This document shows, piece by piece, positions 49,592 through 59,751 of a stretch of 64,000 nt of DNA. Source of the stretch: Promethearchaeota archaeon (lineage in GTDB: Archaea > Asgardarchaeota > Lokiarchaeia > Sigyniarchaeales > SOKP01). The stretch lies in the NCBI GenBank assembly GCA_048939995.1, contig JBHLOY010000007.1, forward strand, positions 1 to 64,000, in the 5' to 3' direction. Numbering within the stretch: the stretch's first letter is position 1; each line of letters opens with the position of its first letter. The notes beneath the pieces were generated by a model, which was given only the letters and a program-made list of their open reading frames with translations, had not been told where the DNA came from and did no database searches. The translations under genes and the position numbers were made by a program.

Positions 49592-49769
49592 AATCCATTA
49601 AGACCATCTTATAAGCTTGGCTAACTTTTCTCAAAATAGCTTGCTTATATGGTTTTAAGTAAATAGAATTAATAAAAGCTACTAATTAAATTTTATTATT
49701 ATAAACCATTAAATTTAAAAGCTAAAGTTCAGAGTCTGTTATTATCTAGAAGAACTCCGTCTATTAGAG

Positions 49770-51911
49770 CTATCTCAATGCTTCCTTGTGTTTTTGCTTC
49801 CCTTTGAATATTGCGAAAAATGAGATTCCAATGAGACCAATTATTAATAACAATGTTATTATAAGTACATAATTAATGAAAGATTCAGGAATTGTAAATT
49901 TAAAATTTTCACTAGATAAAATATCTGAATTATTTGCATAATTTCTTGCAACAATAGCAAAATTATATTCCCCTGGATCGAGTTTATTAAGTTCGTATTC
50001 GAAGGTTATGAGATCTAGAAGAATTTCATTATCAATTTTATAATAAGTGTAATCTGTAAAATTATCTTTAGATAAAAGGATAAACACACTCTCAATTCCA
50101 GAATGATTATCATAAGTTGTTATATTAAAGCAAATATTATCTAAAAGAGATGGGGATTTTGGAAACCAATCGATATGGCGTATTTCTGGTTTAGAATTAT
50201 CGGGATTAGTTGAAAAGTTAAAGTAGGAAGGAATTAGGTTATGACCCGTAATAGTCACATTATAAACCTCGTTTGCAAGGGGAGGTAATCTAATATTCAC
50301 TAGACCATATTCATCTGTATAGAATGTTCTCGATTTACCATCTAGAGTTTTCAAGTTTACACTCGCATAAGGTATTGACTTATTATTCAAATCTTTTACA
50401 GTAAACGAAATGTATTGACCTTCACTATAAGAGATATCAAACGGATTAATTGCTTCTTTTGGTTTATTTGTATAAACATCTAATTCCGGATCTCCTAATA
50501 AGCAATAACTCAAAATATTTTTCCGATGCCATTCAAAATACATAGAGGAGGAACCATTTATAAATATATCTGAATTCATATAAGCTTGTTTAGATTTATA
50601 TAATGCCTTTCCTTGCTGAAAATATTTTTCATTAAAGAAAGCCTTCCAAAATAGTTTAGCATTCGCACGATTAAGATATTCAAAATTTGGATCATCATTT
50701 ACATACCACGTAACTCTGAGACCCCCAACATATCCAATTACTCCTGCATCTTCTTTTTTTATCAAAATTTCTCCTATACTATTATCATTTTTATCATAAG
50801 AGGAGGTTGTACACGCATCAGCATAAAACAATGATGGTTTCTGCGAATTTTCACTTGATCCTGCATCAGTATTACTATAGACTGGAGGAATAATCCCTAA
50901 ACTTGTGAACTGTGTTGGATCTCCATGCCCCGCAAACATGACTGTAGAATAGCCTTTATCGAACATAGTATCAAAATTGACAGAATTTAATTCTGTTTGA
51001 TTATTAGGAGGTGGTGGGACATCTGGAGTAAAACTTGAAGTAGCCTTATATAAATTAGTAAAATTCATTTCAGGTAATACATAATTCGTCCATATATATT
51101 CAGTTAGCCTTGCTTCATCTTCATCTGGAGAATATTCTGATATTCCGCCAGCTAGCAGCATAGCATTCATCCAATCGCCAATAAATGGATTTGATTCATA
51201 TTTCAGGCTTTTATTAACCATTATTTCAAGTTCAGCAGCGGTGTTAGCAGGAAATCTCCCCACATAGACTTCTGGAGTCCAACTAATTTCATCTATTCCA
51301 TCTTGATTATATTTCGATGATTCTCCAAAATTACCATCATTATCATCATCCCAAGAACCAGTTAAATCAGCATAATAAAAATCAGTAGGTTTATAGTAAT
51401 CATCCCAATTAGAATATTCACTTTCTCCACCTCCAACTTCTATTACATCTGGATTGTATACATATCTTATAGGGATCAAATTATCTTCTGCATCGCCTGC
51501 TAGAAGAACCCACTTAATGTTCTCACGTTCATAATAATACTTTATCATATTCCGGATTCTTTCAGCATCATCCCTTCCAGGATATTCCGAATAATTACTT
51601 AATATTATTGTCTTTAAGCCTTTACTATTCTTCCATTCCACTAAAGGGGAGATTGCGTTAATAAAATCTTCACTATCAGGAGTAATTACCAGCATCTCAA
51701 TCTTGGGTTTGTACCAAAATTCGTAATCAATTCCAGGTAATTTAGATATGTCTATATTTGATATGTTATTAGAAGATTTCAGAAGATTTAAAGAAGTACT
51801 CTTTAACTTAATGTCGACATTTTCATTACCAAATATGAAAAAGCTCGGTAAAAATAATAAAAAAATTATAAATGCTAATCTTAGATTTTTCTTCAAATTA
51901 AAATATTTCAT
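49770..51911 (-). CDS. Peptidase C25 (gingipain-like) cysteine protease, membrane anchored
   Basis: WVLLAGD, TDFYYADL.G.WD, VGRFP, catalytic His (FAGHG) and Cys (ADACTT), LLGDP. Signal peptide and C-terminal TM. Confidence 0.9.
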   Translation of the reverse strand: MKYFNLKKNLRLAFIIFLLFLPSFFIFGNENVDIKLKSTSLNLLKSSNNISNIDISKLPGIDYEFWYKPKIEMLVITPDSEDFINAISPLVEWKNSKGLKTIILSNYSEYPGRDDAERIRNMIKYYYERENIKWVLLAGDAEDNLIPIRYVYNPDVIEVGGGESEYSNWDDYYKPTDFYYADLTGSWDDDNDGNFGESSKYNQDGIDEISWTPEVYVGRFPANTAAELEIMVNKSLKYESNPFIGDWMNAMLLAGGISEYSPDEDEARLTEYIWTNYVLPEMNFTNLYKATSSFTPDVPPPPNNQTELNSVNFDTMFDKGYSTVMFAGHGDPTQFTSLGIIPPVYSNTDAGSSENSQKPSLFYADACTTSSYDKNDNSIGEILIKKEDAGVIGYVGGLRVTWYVNDDPNFEYLNRANAKLFWKAFFNEKYFQQGKALYKSKQAYMNSDIFINGSSSMYFEWHRKNILSYCLLGDPELDVYTNKPKEAINPFDISYSEGQYISFTVKDLNNKSIPYASVNLKTLDGKSRTFYTDEYGLVNIRLPPLANEVYNVTITGHNLIPSYFNFSTNPDNSKPEIRHIDWFPKSPSLLDNICFNITTYDNHSGIESVFILLSKDNFTDYTYYKIDNEILLDLITFEYELNKLDPGEYNFAIVARNYANNSDILSSENFKFTIPESFINYVLIITLLLIIGLIGISFFAIFKGKQKHKEALR

Positions 51912-52021
51912 CTTAGATTATTATATTAAAATTAATTCGATATATATTTATTTTTAGACTAAAAAATATATGTTCTGATATTATTAATAATTAAAAATAA
52001 GAGACGTATTAATAAAGAAAC

Positions 52022-52246
52022 ATGATTCGATTTTATATTTGTCCACATTGTAATCAAAAAATCATATTTAAAATTGAAAAAGAGGATATAGATTCTTCTC
52101 AATATCCCGCTCCAGTATATATTCATCATAGCGATGAATCATGTGGCAAAATATCTACTTTTTATGTTGATAGTCTTTTGCAAGTCTCATATTATGAACT
52201 TGAAAAGAAAAATGGTGCAATTAAAACCATAACAACCCTAAAATGA
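52022..52246 (+). CDS. Small Zn-ribbon-like protein
   Basis: CPHC...HH....C pattern, 74 aa. Confidence 0.65.
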   Translation: MIRFYICPHCNQKIIFKIEKEDIDSSQYPAPVYIHHSDESCGKISTFYVDSLLQVSYYELEKKNGAIKTITTLK

Positions 52247-52347
52247 ATATTTTTCTAAAAATCTTATATTTGACAATTAATTTATTATAAAATACATCAT
52301 ATAATTTCTTAGATACTATAATTAGAAGAACTCATATTAAGGTTGGA

Positions 52348-53913
52348 ATGACACTAAATTTAGAAGATATTTCTGGAATAGGTAAGGCTACCGCTGAACG
52401 GATGAAAGCAGCAGGTATAGACTCAGTCGAAAAGTTAGCTTCCTGTAAACCAGAAGATCTAACAAAAATTAAAATTAAAGGCGTAGGGACATCAACAGCA
52501 ATCAAATATATTGCTAATGCAAAAGAATTATTAACTTCTAAGGAGAAACAAAAAGATCAACCTGCAAAAGAAGAAGGACCACAAGAAACCGAAACAAAAG
52601 TAGAGAAAGCACCTACTAAAAAGTATTCTCCCGAAAAAGCAAAGGAACTAGAGAATTTAATAAGACAACAAGCTGAATGCAACATTGGTTTAGTCGGGCA
52701 TGTAGATCACGGAAAGACTACATTAGTTAAGTCACTTACTGGAGATTGGACAGATAGGCACTCCGAGGAAAAAGAGAGAGGAATATCGATTAAATTGGGT
52801 TATTCTAACGCAACTATACTATACTGTCCTGAATGTGATGAATATCTCACATCATACATGGCACAAAAAGATCGCAAAAAAGGGGAACCTTCCTATAGTT
52901 GCAGAAGATGCGAAGGAAGTTTAATATTTAAAAGAAATATATCATTTGTTGATGCTCCTGGACACGAAATACTGATGGCTACAATGTTAAGTGGGGCTTC
53001 TTTAATGAATGGAGCTTGTTTACTTATTGCCGCTGATGAAACATGTCCTCAACCTCAAACTCGAGAACATCTTGCTGCTTTAAATATTGCGGGAATTGAA
53101 AATGTAATTATAATTCAGAATAAAATTGATGCTGTATCTAAGGAACAAGCATTTAAAAATTACCAACAAATTAAAAAATTCCTTAAAGGAACACCTATAG
53201 AAAATGCACCCATATTACCTGTCTCAGCAGTATTTAGTGCAAATATTGATCTTGTAGTCAAAGCGTTTGAAGAAGTAATTCCAACGCCAGAATTAAGTAA
53301 TGAGGAAGCATTTGAATTTTTAATAGCTAGATCGTTTGACATTAACAAACCAGGTACAGATATAAGTAAATTGAGAGGCGGAGTTATTGGAGGATCTGTT
53401 CTAAAGGGAAGAATTAAGGTCGGCGATGAGATAGAAATCAGACCAGGGATAAGAATTAAAAATAGTTATTCTCCTATTAATTCGAAAATAGTCAGTATAA
53501 GTCAAGGAATGAATCTATTGAATGAAGCTAAACCTGGTGGTTTAATTGGTCTAGGAACAAAATTGGATCCAGCATTAACTAAAGGAGACTCATTGATAGG
53601 GCATTTAGTTGGAATTCCAGGCACATTACCGGATGTTATTTCAGAGGTTGAGCTAAAAGTCCATTTACTTGAAAGAGTTATTGGTTCAGAGATGCAAATA
53701 AAAGTAACAGAACTTAAGCATAATGAAAAGTTATTACTGGTTGTAGGTACAGAGAAAACTGGGGGGACGATAACAAAAATTCTCAAAAATTCTTATATAT
53801 TACAACTAAACCCTCCAATTTGTATTCCCAGAGATTTTATCTTTGCAATCTCACGAATAATAAATCGAAGGTATAGGCTGATAGGTTATGGAGAACTAGT
53901 TAGCGCTAATTAA
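52348..53913 (+). CDS. eif2g: Translation initiation factor aIF-2 gamma with N-terminal helix-hairpin-helix extension
   Basis: NIGLVGHVDHGKT, RGISIKLGY, Zn knuckle, DAPGHE.LMATMLSGA, PQPQTREH, QNKID, RSFDINKPG, R.RLIGYG. Confidence 0.96.
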   Translation: MTLNLEDISGIGKATAERMKAAGIDSVEKLASCKPEDLTKIKIKGVGTSTAIKYIANAKELLTSKEKQKDQPAKEEGPQETETKVEKAPTKKYSPEKAKELENLIRQQAECNIGLVGHVDHGKTTLVKSLTGDWTDRHSEEKERGISIKLGYSNATILYCPECDEYLTSYMAQKDRKKGEPSYSCRRCEGSLIFKRNISFVDAPGHEILMATMLSGASLMNGACLLIAADETCPQPQTREHLAALNIAGIENVIIIQNKIDAVSKEQAFKNYQQIKKFLKGTPIENAPILPVSAVFSANIDLVVKAFEEVIPTPELSNEEAFEFLIARSFDINKPGTDISKLRGGVIGGSVLKGRIKVGDEIEIRPGIRIKNSYSPINSKIVSISQGMNLLNEAKPGGLIGLGTKLDPALTKGDSLIGHLVGIPGTLPDVISEVELKVHLLERVIGSEMQIKVTELKHNEKLLLVVGTEKTGGTITKILKNSYILQLNPPICIPRDFIFAISRIINRRYRLIGYGELVSAN

Positions 53914-53922
53914 AGGTTCTCT

Positions 53923-54252
53923 CTAAGAGGAGTAAGAAAGAAAAATTTCTCTAATTTTTCCTTTAATCAGAGTTATTGAAGGATCTACTTGATTAAAAAT
54001 TCTTTTTAAAGAATTTAATACTTCTTCATCAATATTGGAACTAATAGGTTTATTTAAAGTTAATTTCGTCTCAAAAAGCATTAGGTTTCCTTCAACCTTG
54101 GCTAAAAAGTGAAGAACTATCTCAATTTTATCTTCACTACTTAAATCTGATTGGTCAATATTTTGTTTAAATTCAAAGAAAATCTCATTCATTATCCTAT
54201 TATTTAAAAATTCAATGAAATTTTCTAGATTATCAATAAAGATAACTATCAT
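53923..54252 (-). CDS. Hypothetical protein
   Basis: 109-aa ORF overlapping the upstream stop (ATGA-type coupling). Confidence 0.65.
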   Translation of the reverse strand: MIVIFIDNLENFIEFLNNRIMNEIFFEFKQNIDQSDLSSEDKIEIVLHFLAKVEGNLMLFETKLTLNKPISSNIDEEVLNSLKRIFNQVDPSITLIKGKIREIFLSYSS

Positions 54253-55946
54253 TTAATATTTCGATACTTTTTGTTTTGAATATAAGATATCAAACCTAAT
54301 AATATAAAGATGATACTAATAGCCAAAAATACTAAAATAACTAATGGAAAATGGATCTCATCTGTTTTAACTGCGTTTATTTCATTATAAGTACTCACAG
54401 TGGCTTCTTTTATAAATCTCGAAGTATCATATATTCTTACTATATAATTCCCAATTGGTACATTCCTAATCACGACCTCTCCATTCTCGTTTGTAAAGAG
54501 AGGTGACATTTTTTGATTCAAATCATTAGAAATATAGGTGCCATAACTTTTTTGGTAATAATATAATTCAACGGTAACACCCACTAAAGGCATATTAATG
54601 TTGTCAGTAATTCTAATGATTAGATCATTAAACGCATCATATGTAATAATTATAGGGCTAGTTTCTCCAACGACTAGATATGGAAGTATTATTCTTAATC
54701 CTAGCTTTTTTACTGCACCCCGAGTAAAAATTAAACTTTCTTGAAATTCTTCTTTAACATTAGATATGTTGAGATCGTAATATTGAACGTTTCTTCTAAA
54801 TAGCGAAGAATTTGAGATAACTTGATCAACAATAATTGTATCTTCGTAGATCATGAGATATTTTAGAAGGATATGCTTTGGTCCTTGCGTTAGGGAGGGA
54901 AAATATATGCGTTCCCTTATATTTCTATATTTAACCAATCGGTCTATCGCCCAGGTTTTCTCAATAGAGTTAATAAATTCAACAGTATAATTTGCATTAA
55001 AACTTAGGCTTATCAATTTTCGATCTGTGGTCGTCGAAATATTAATTGAATTATCTATATTTAAAAAATCAGTGATATCGCTATCACCAACCTTTAAGGT
55101 GTGTCCATGAAGTACTTCTTTATCTGGAAGGTTTAATCTCAAATCAACATCAATGTCATCAGAAAATACCTTGGTTGAAAGATTAGTAAACTTTTGCCCC
55201 TGAATAGTAAAATTGTAATAAAAAAGTGGGCTAACCTCTTGCTGTTGAAATTTAACTAATATCTTGTCCTCTGGATTCTGATATAATATCCAGTTTCTAA
55301 TGGTAATATTAAACTCCCAGATAAGGTTCATTGTAAAGTTATTGCGATTGGTTTCAAAGTATTGAAGATAATCAAATAATAAGAAATTAAAAGGATCTAT
55401 ATTGTATTCATTCTCTGAAACCTCATGAAGGTTTATTGATTCATTTCTTAATAATAGTTGGACTAATTTGCAAGGAAATAATCTGGGACCATATATTAAA
55501 TATCCTTCTGCATTGGGAATTGAATTATCATATACTACATTAATAGATTCATTTAAAATAACTGTAATCTGGTTTGAGTCAACTATTTTCTTATTCATGT
55601 TATCAATTTGAGCCGGATTCTTCGTCTCTGTAAAATCAATTCCGAGAAAATTCATGTCGAGAGCTCCAGAAGTTAAATCATCTTCAAGTTCAGGATACTT
55701 CTCAGAGTTATTGAAAAATCCTTTTTGATTGAAATTAAGACTTTTTACTGTGATATTACCCAAAGCTTGCTTTTCTTCTTCAATAACAGGTGTAAAGTCT
55801 TCTTTAGAGAATGTTTGGGTTTGTAGATCATCATTTTGATTAATCATAATAACCTGAGAATTAGGGGATATGTAGTAAGCTGATAATATACAAATACCCA
55901 AAATAATCAATACAACTGCAAAAATTTGAGTGTTTTTTTTTAGCAT
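54249..55946 (-). CDS. Extracellular beta-rich protein with N- and C-terminal TM anchors
   Basis: N-terminal TM; carboxypeptidase-regulatory-like TNENGEVVIRNVPIGNY; C-terminal TM plus basic tail. Confidence 0.7.
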   Translation of the reverse strand: MLKKNTQIFAVVLIILGICILSAYYISPNSQVIMINQNDDLQTQTFSKEDFTPVIEEEKQALGNITVKSLNFNQKGFFNNSEKYPELEDDLTSGALDMNFLGIDFTETKNPAQIDNMNKKIVDSNQITVILNESINVVYDNSIPNAEGYLIYGPRLFPCKLVQLLLRNESINLHEVSENEYNIDPFNFLLFDYLQYFETNRNNFTMNLIWEFNITIRNWILYQNPEDKILVKFQQQEVSPLFYYNFTIQGQKFTNLSTKVFSDDIDVDLRLNLPDKEVLHGHTLKVGDSDITDFLNIDNSINISTTTDRKLISLSFNANYTVEFINSIEKTWAIDRLVKYRNIRERIYFPSLTQGPKHILLKYLMIYEDTIIVDQVISNSSLFRRNVQYYDLNISNVKEEFQESLIFTRGAVKKLGLRIILPYLVVGETSPIIITYDAFNDLIIRITDNINMPLVGVTVELYYYQKSYGTYISNDLNQKMSPLFTNENGEVVIRNVPIGNYIVRIYDTSRFIKEATVSTYNEINAVKTDEIHFPLVILVFLAISIIFILLGLISYIQNKKYRNIK

Positions 55947-56211
55947 TCTTTAATTTAATGACTATTTAGAGAGAAAATTAATTAAAATTAAATAATCTTT
56001 CCTTAATTTTTAAATTTTAGCTCAATTTCTTCTTCTGTTCTGATATTTTAGGAATATTTATATTTATTGAATTTATTTTTATTTTATTTAAAATCACTTT
56101 AAAAGAAATTTTTAAATATCTATTAAATGATCTTAGAAAAATGGTTTTTAATTATAATGTTAAACAGAATTTTGGTTAACTAAATTACTCTATAATTGAA
56201 ATATGATATAA

Positions 56212-57609
56212 ATGACACAGAAACTTGATCGGTTAAAATTTCTAGAAACTCTTGAGAATGCTGCTGATATATTCACTGATAATTGTAAGAATCGTTATAA
56301 TAATATAATTGCAATATCTCATAACGATGCTGACGGAATTAGTAGCTTATTGATTATCCAAAATTTACTTCACAGGTTAAATTTAAATTATGATTACTTT
56401 ATTTATAACCGATCCTCTTCATGGGCTACGTATTTAGAAGGAATCTTACCTAAAAGGCAAAGTGAAAAGACTGCTTTGATTCTTACCGATATTGGTTCAA
56501 CTCTAACTGAATTAGTCCCTATAATACTTAAAAGGAAAGAGCATTTCTTTATTTTAGATCATCATGAGATTGAAAATGATTTTAAATTCAAGGAATTCCC
56601 CGAAAACCTGATTTTTGTAAATCCAACTGCTTATGGATATGATGGCCTTGATCATATTGCAGGAGCAACTCTCACTTACATGTTTTCTAAACTAATTACT
56701 CCAGCCATCATAAAACACGCTTGGTTAACAGCAATAGGAATAGCAGGGGATTCTTTAAGATCAATGGACAAATTAGAATCCTTTAATAAAGAAATATATC
56801 AAGATTTGATTGATGAAGAGTTAATAGAAGATAAAGAGGGGTTGATTCTATTTGGAGCAATGCATAATTCTATTAAAAATGGATTAAAGTATAGTATTTT
56901 ACCTTTTGTAAGAGATTTTGGGGGTGAAAGCGATTTAACTATTAATTCATTTTTGAACAATTTACATATAAATCCGAATAAAAAAGTCAGTGAATTAACC
57001 TCCTCAGAAATACAATTTATTCAACAAGCTACTAACTCGACTCGAGGTCATTATGCTATATTGCCTCAAAAAGAGGGACTATTACATTTTGTATTTGAAC
57101 ATGCTATATTGTTAAATATTTTATCCTTCAAGAACATAAGCGCTGCTTTATCAATGATTCAGCAAAAAACTATTACTCGTTATGCCAAATCACTCTATAT
57201 TGATTATGTAAGTAATCTAACTAGAAATTTAAAAACAGTTTCTAATGATATTGGTCGATTTGAAACTCAAAAAGCGGTTTTTATTAATGCCGGCAATGGC
57301 CTTATACCACCTAGTAATTGGTCAGATACTGCAAGCTTTAGTATGGTTAATGAATTGATTAATCCTGATAAGATGTTATTTTTAGGAGGATTGGAGAAAA
57401 AAACTCAAATGATTAAACTAAGTATTAGGTGTTCTAGAAGATTTTTAGAACTTAATCAACAGATGGGTGTAAATAAGGTAATTACAAGAATTAAAGGTGA
57501 ATTAGGAGGCAATGGCGGTGGTCATAAACTTGCGGGGGGCATTCGTTTGTCCATACCATCATTTAATAGATTAAAAAATGATATTGACCATTTTCTTGCA
57601 CAGGATTAA
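56212..57609 (+). CDS. DHH-family phosphoesterase, RecJ/GAN(Cdc45)-like
   Basis: HNDADG, TDIG, DHH, NP...GYDG, GD, and DHHA1 GGGH..AGG. Confidence 0.88.
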   Translation: MTQKLDRLKFLETLENAADIFTDNCKNRYNNIIAISHNDADGISSLLIIQNLLHRLNLNYDYFIYNRSSSWATYLEGILPKRQSEKTALILTDIGSTLTELVPIILKRKEHFFILDHHEIENDFKFKEFPENLIFVNPTAYGYDGLDHIAGATLTYMFSKLITPAIIKHAWLTAIGIAGDSLRSMDKLESFNKEIYQDLIDEELIEDKEGLILFGAMHNSIKNGLKYSILPFVRDFGGESDLTINSFLNNLHINPNKKVSELTSSEIQFIQQATNSTRGHYAILPQKEGLLHFVFEHAILLNILSFKNISAALSMIQQKTITRYAKSLYIDYVSNLTRNLKTVSNDIGRFETQKAVFINAGNGLIPPSNWSDTASFSMVNELINPDKMLFLGGLEKKTQMIKLSIRCSRRFLELNQQMGVNKVITRIKGELGGNGGGHKLAGGIRLSIPSFNRLKNDIDHFLAQD

Positions 57610-57611
57610 GG

Positions 57612-57920
57612 GTGAATATGAATTTAATTAAGGAAAAGTCTGATAATCTTTTTATTCTACGAATTAAAGTAAAACCTAATTCAAGACTTCAAGAAGTAAA
57701 AATAGATAAGGAATCGAATTTCATTAAAATTACTTTAAAATCCAAACCTACTCAAAATAAAGCAAATATTGAGTTGCTCCGCCTATTAAAAAAACGTCTT
57801 AAAATAAATTCTAAACAAATTCAATTCATCTCTGGACTAAAAAGTATAAATAAAGTGATTCAAATCCAATTTAAAGATAATATACAAAAGAAAGAGATTC
57901 TAAACATGTTATTAGATTAA
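57612..57920 (+). CDS. DUF167 (YggU/UPF0235) protein
   Basis: IKVKPNS, P...KAN.EL and I..G.KS..K motifs. Confidence 0.85.
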   Translation: MNMNLIKEKSDNLFILRIKVKPNSRLQEVKIDKESNFIKITLKSKPTQNKANIELLRLLKKRLKINSKQIQFISGLKSINKVIQIQFKDNIQKKEILNMLLD

Positions 57921-57938
57921 AGAATGTGGTTTTACCAA

Positions 57939-58301
57939 TTAACTCCCAATTTTTTTCATTTTGCCACATTTAAGACAAGTAATAAAATGAGTCATTCCCT
58001 CATCAGCTCTCCTTGTCTGTCTTGTTTCTAAATGTGCTTTAGTATAGCCACATCTAGAACATTTGAAATTCTTTATGGAGCTTCTAAGATTTTCATCTTT
58101 CCAATCCATTATTTCTGTTAAATTTGTAACTTCATTTCGAATAGAATGTTCGATTTTAGTACTTACTTTATAGGATTCAGATTTTTCATCAGAAAATGGT
58201 TTTATAGCACCACATTTGCATTTAAAAACCTTTGTTCCATCAACTAAGGAGGGAAGCATTATACTACCACAATCATCACAAAATTCCATAAAAAGCATCA
58301 T
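57939..58301 (-). CDS. tfs: Transcription factor S (TFS/RpoM-like)
   Basis: MEFCDDCGS.M.P, C-terminal ribbon CSRC...QTRRADEG.T.F..C.KCG. Confidence 0.9.
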   Translation of the reverse strand: MMLFMEFCDDCGSIMLPSLVDGTKVFKCKCGAIKPFSDEKSESYKVSTKIEHSIRNEVTNLTEIMDWKDENLRSSIKNFKCSRCGYTKAHLETRQTRRADEGMTHFITCLKCGKMKKIGS

Positions 58302-58349
58302 TTAGAATATTCTTAAATTAATTTGTTATCCTTTAATCAAAAATTTTTC

Positions 58350-59312
58350 CTAAAATTTTAAACCGAAAATTAAGGCAGAAAATATAATCCCAGCAATTAA
58401 GTCTGCTGATGTGCCCGGATTCATTTTTCCTTTAGCTTTATGTAGCTGATTATCAAGTTTAATGGCTAAATTTAGACCTTTTTTTGTAGAAATACCCCCA
58501 TTTTGAAGTATTTTGAAGGCAGCTTGAGAAACTAATAAAGCCTCATCTTTCCCAGATTTTCTGATTATTAGAGTATCAGGATGATCACTGAGAAGCTTCA
58601 AAAAACTATCTACTATCGCAATATTAATATCATTATAATTATTAAAACGGTCGATAAAAAATGGAAGACCTTCATTTAATATTATATTAAATCCACTGGC
58701 ATACTCAGAGCTAATTAAATCATAATGCTTTGAAAATTCAAAAATCTTTTTTAAATTTATATTATCTTGTTGAATTTCAGATATTGATTCATTAGCATTA
58801 AGATCATATTTTGCAACTTTTCCTAATCCGCCGGGATGACATATTCTTATAGCTTCATAAAGATTTATTGTATCTTCAACAGTTGAATCTCTTATAATAT
58901 TTTTAAGGATAGTTCTAAAATCCTTTAAGGAAAATTTTTTAAGTTTTTTACAAATACATGCTGATGCACTAAGTGGTGCTAAAATTAGAATATGACCGAA
59001 TAAAATATTTCCGCCATATTGCCATTTCATCATTTTTTTAACCGCTCTTTTGAAAAATTTACCTAATTCCACAAAAGCATAGTCATTATTTTTAGGATCA
59101 GTTTTATTAACTATTCGAAGGCAGAATCGCCTAAAAATTGGTTGGATAGCTGCAATTCCAGCGAGAAAATGCTCATATCGCGTTTTGTTGAAGTTTCTTG
59201 TTCTATGAACATTCCCTGGTTTTGGCCATCCTCCAATCTCTAGCGAGCTTGCTAAATTTATGCAAGTTAAAATGTCATTAATTGACCTAATTTTAATTTC
59301 TTCTAAATTCAC
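58350..59312 (-). CDS. citG: Triphosphoribosyl-dephospho-CoA synthase (CitG family, archaeal type)
   Basis: LE...PKPGNVHR, PDTLI.RK.G and NPGTSAD motifs. Confidence 0.85.
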   Translation of the reverse strand: MNLEEIKIRSINDILTCINLASSLEIGGWPKPGNVHRTRNFNKTRYEHFLAGIAAIQPIFRRFCLRIVNKTDPKNNDYAFVELGKFFKRAVKKMMKWQYGGNILFGHILILAPLSASACICKKLKKFSLKDFRTILKNIIRDSTVEDTINLYEAIRICHPGGLGKVAKYDLNANESISEIQQDNINLKKIFEFSKHYDLISSEYASGFNIILNEGLPFFIDRFNNYNDINIAIVDSFLKLLSDHPDTLIIRKSGKDEALLVSQAAFKILQNGGISTKKGLNLAIKLDNQLHKAKGKMNPGTSADLIAGIIFSALIFGLKF

Positions 59313-59366
59313 ATTTAAAATAGAATTCTTGGTTAATTAAAAATTATTTTTCCTAAGGAGTATTAT

Positions 59367-59690
59367 TTAATAATAGGATAGTTCTAAAATTTTTCTCTTT
59401 TTTATCATATAACCTTCAAGTTCATGAGTTTTATACAGAATAGGTCTAAATTCATTAAAGAGATTTTTTTGATGCAAGAATTTTTTAATTCTCAATCTAA
59501 CAGCTTTCTTAGACATTCTTCTAGGCATTTCAACTTCAAAAGTATTTCCACTACGATTAATTTCAATTTGAGGTAGTTGTTCAACCATAAATCTCAATAA
59601 GTCCTCAGCATGTTCCTCTTTCCCTACTTTGGGGGCTAAAATCAATTCTTTAACATCTATGACTAATTGTTTAGTTTCTGTTTTACTCAT
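59367..59690 (-). CDS. rpl22e: Ribosomal protein eL22 (L22e) homolog
   Basis: IEINRSGNTFEV...MSKKAVRLRIKKFLHQKNL aligns by eye with the eukaryotic eL22 core (TIERSKSKITV...FSKRYLKYLTKKYLKKNNL). Confidence 0.75.
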   Translation of the reverse strand: MSKTETKQLVIDVKELILAPKVGKEEHAEDLLRFMVEQLPQIEINRSGNTFEVEMPRRMSKKAVRLRIKKFLHQKNLFNEFRPILYKTHELEGYMIKKRKILELSYY

Positions 59691-59751
59691 GTTTTAATCA
59701 CTCAATAGAAGAATTAAAGAAAATATAAAATTTTTACTTTTTTAATATATT

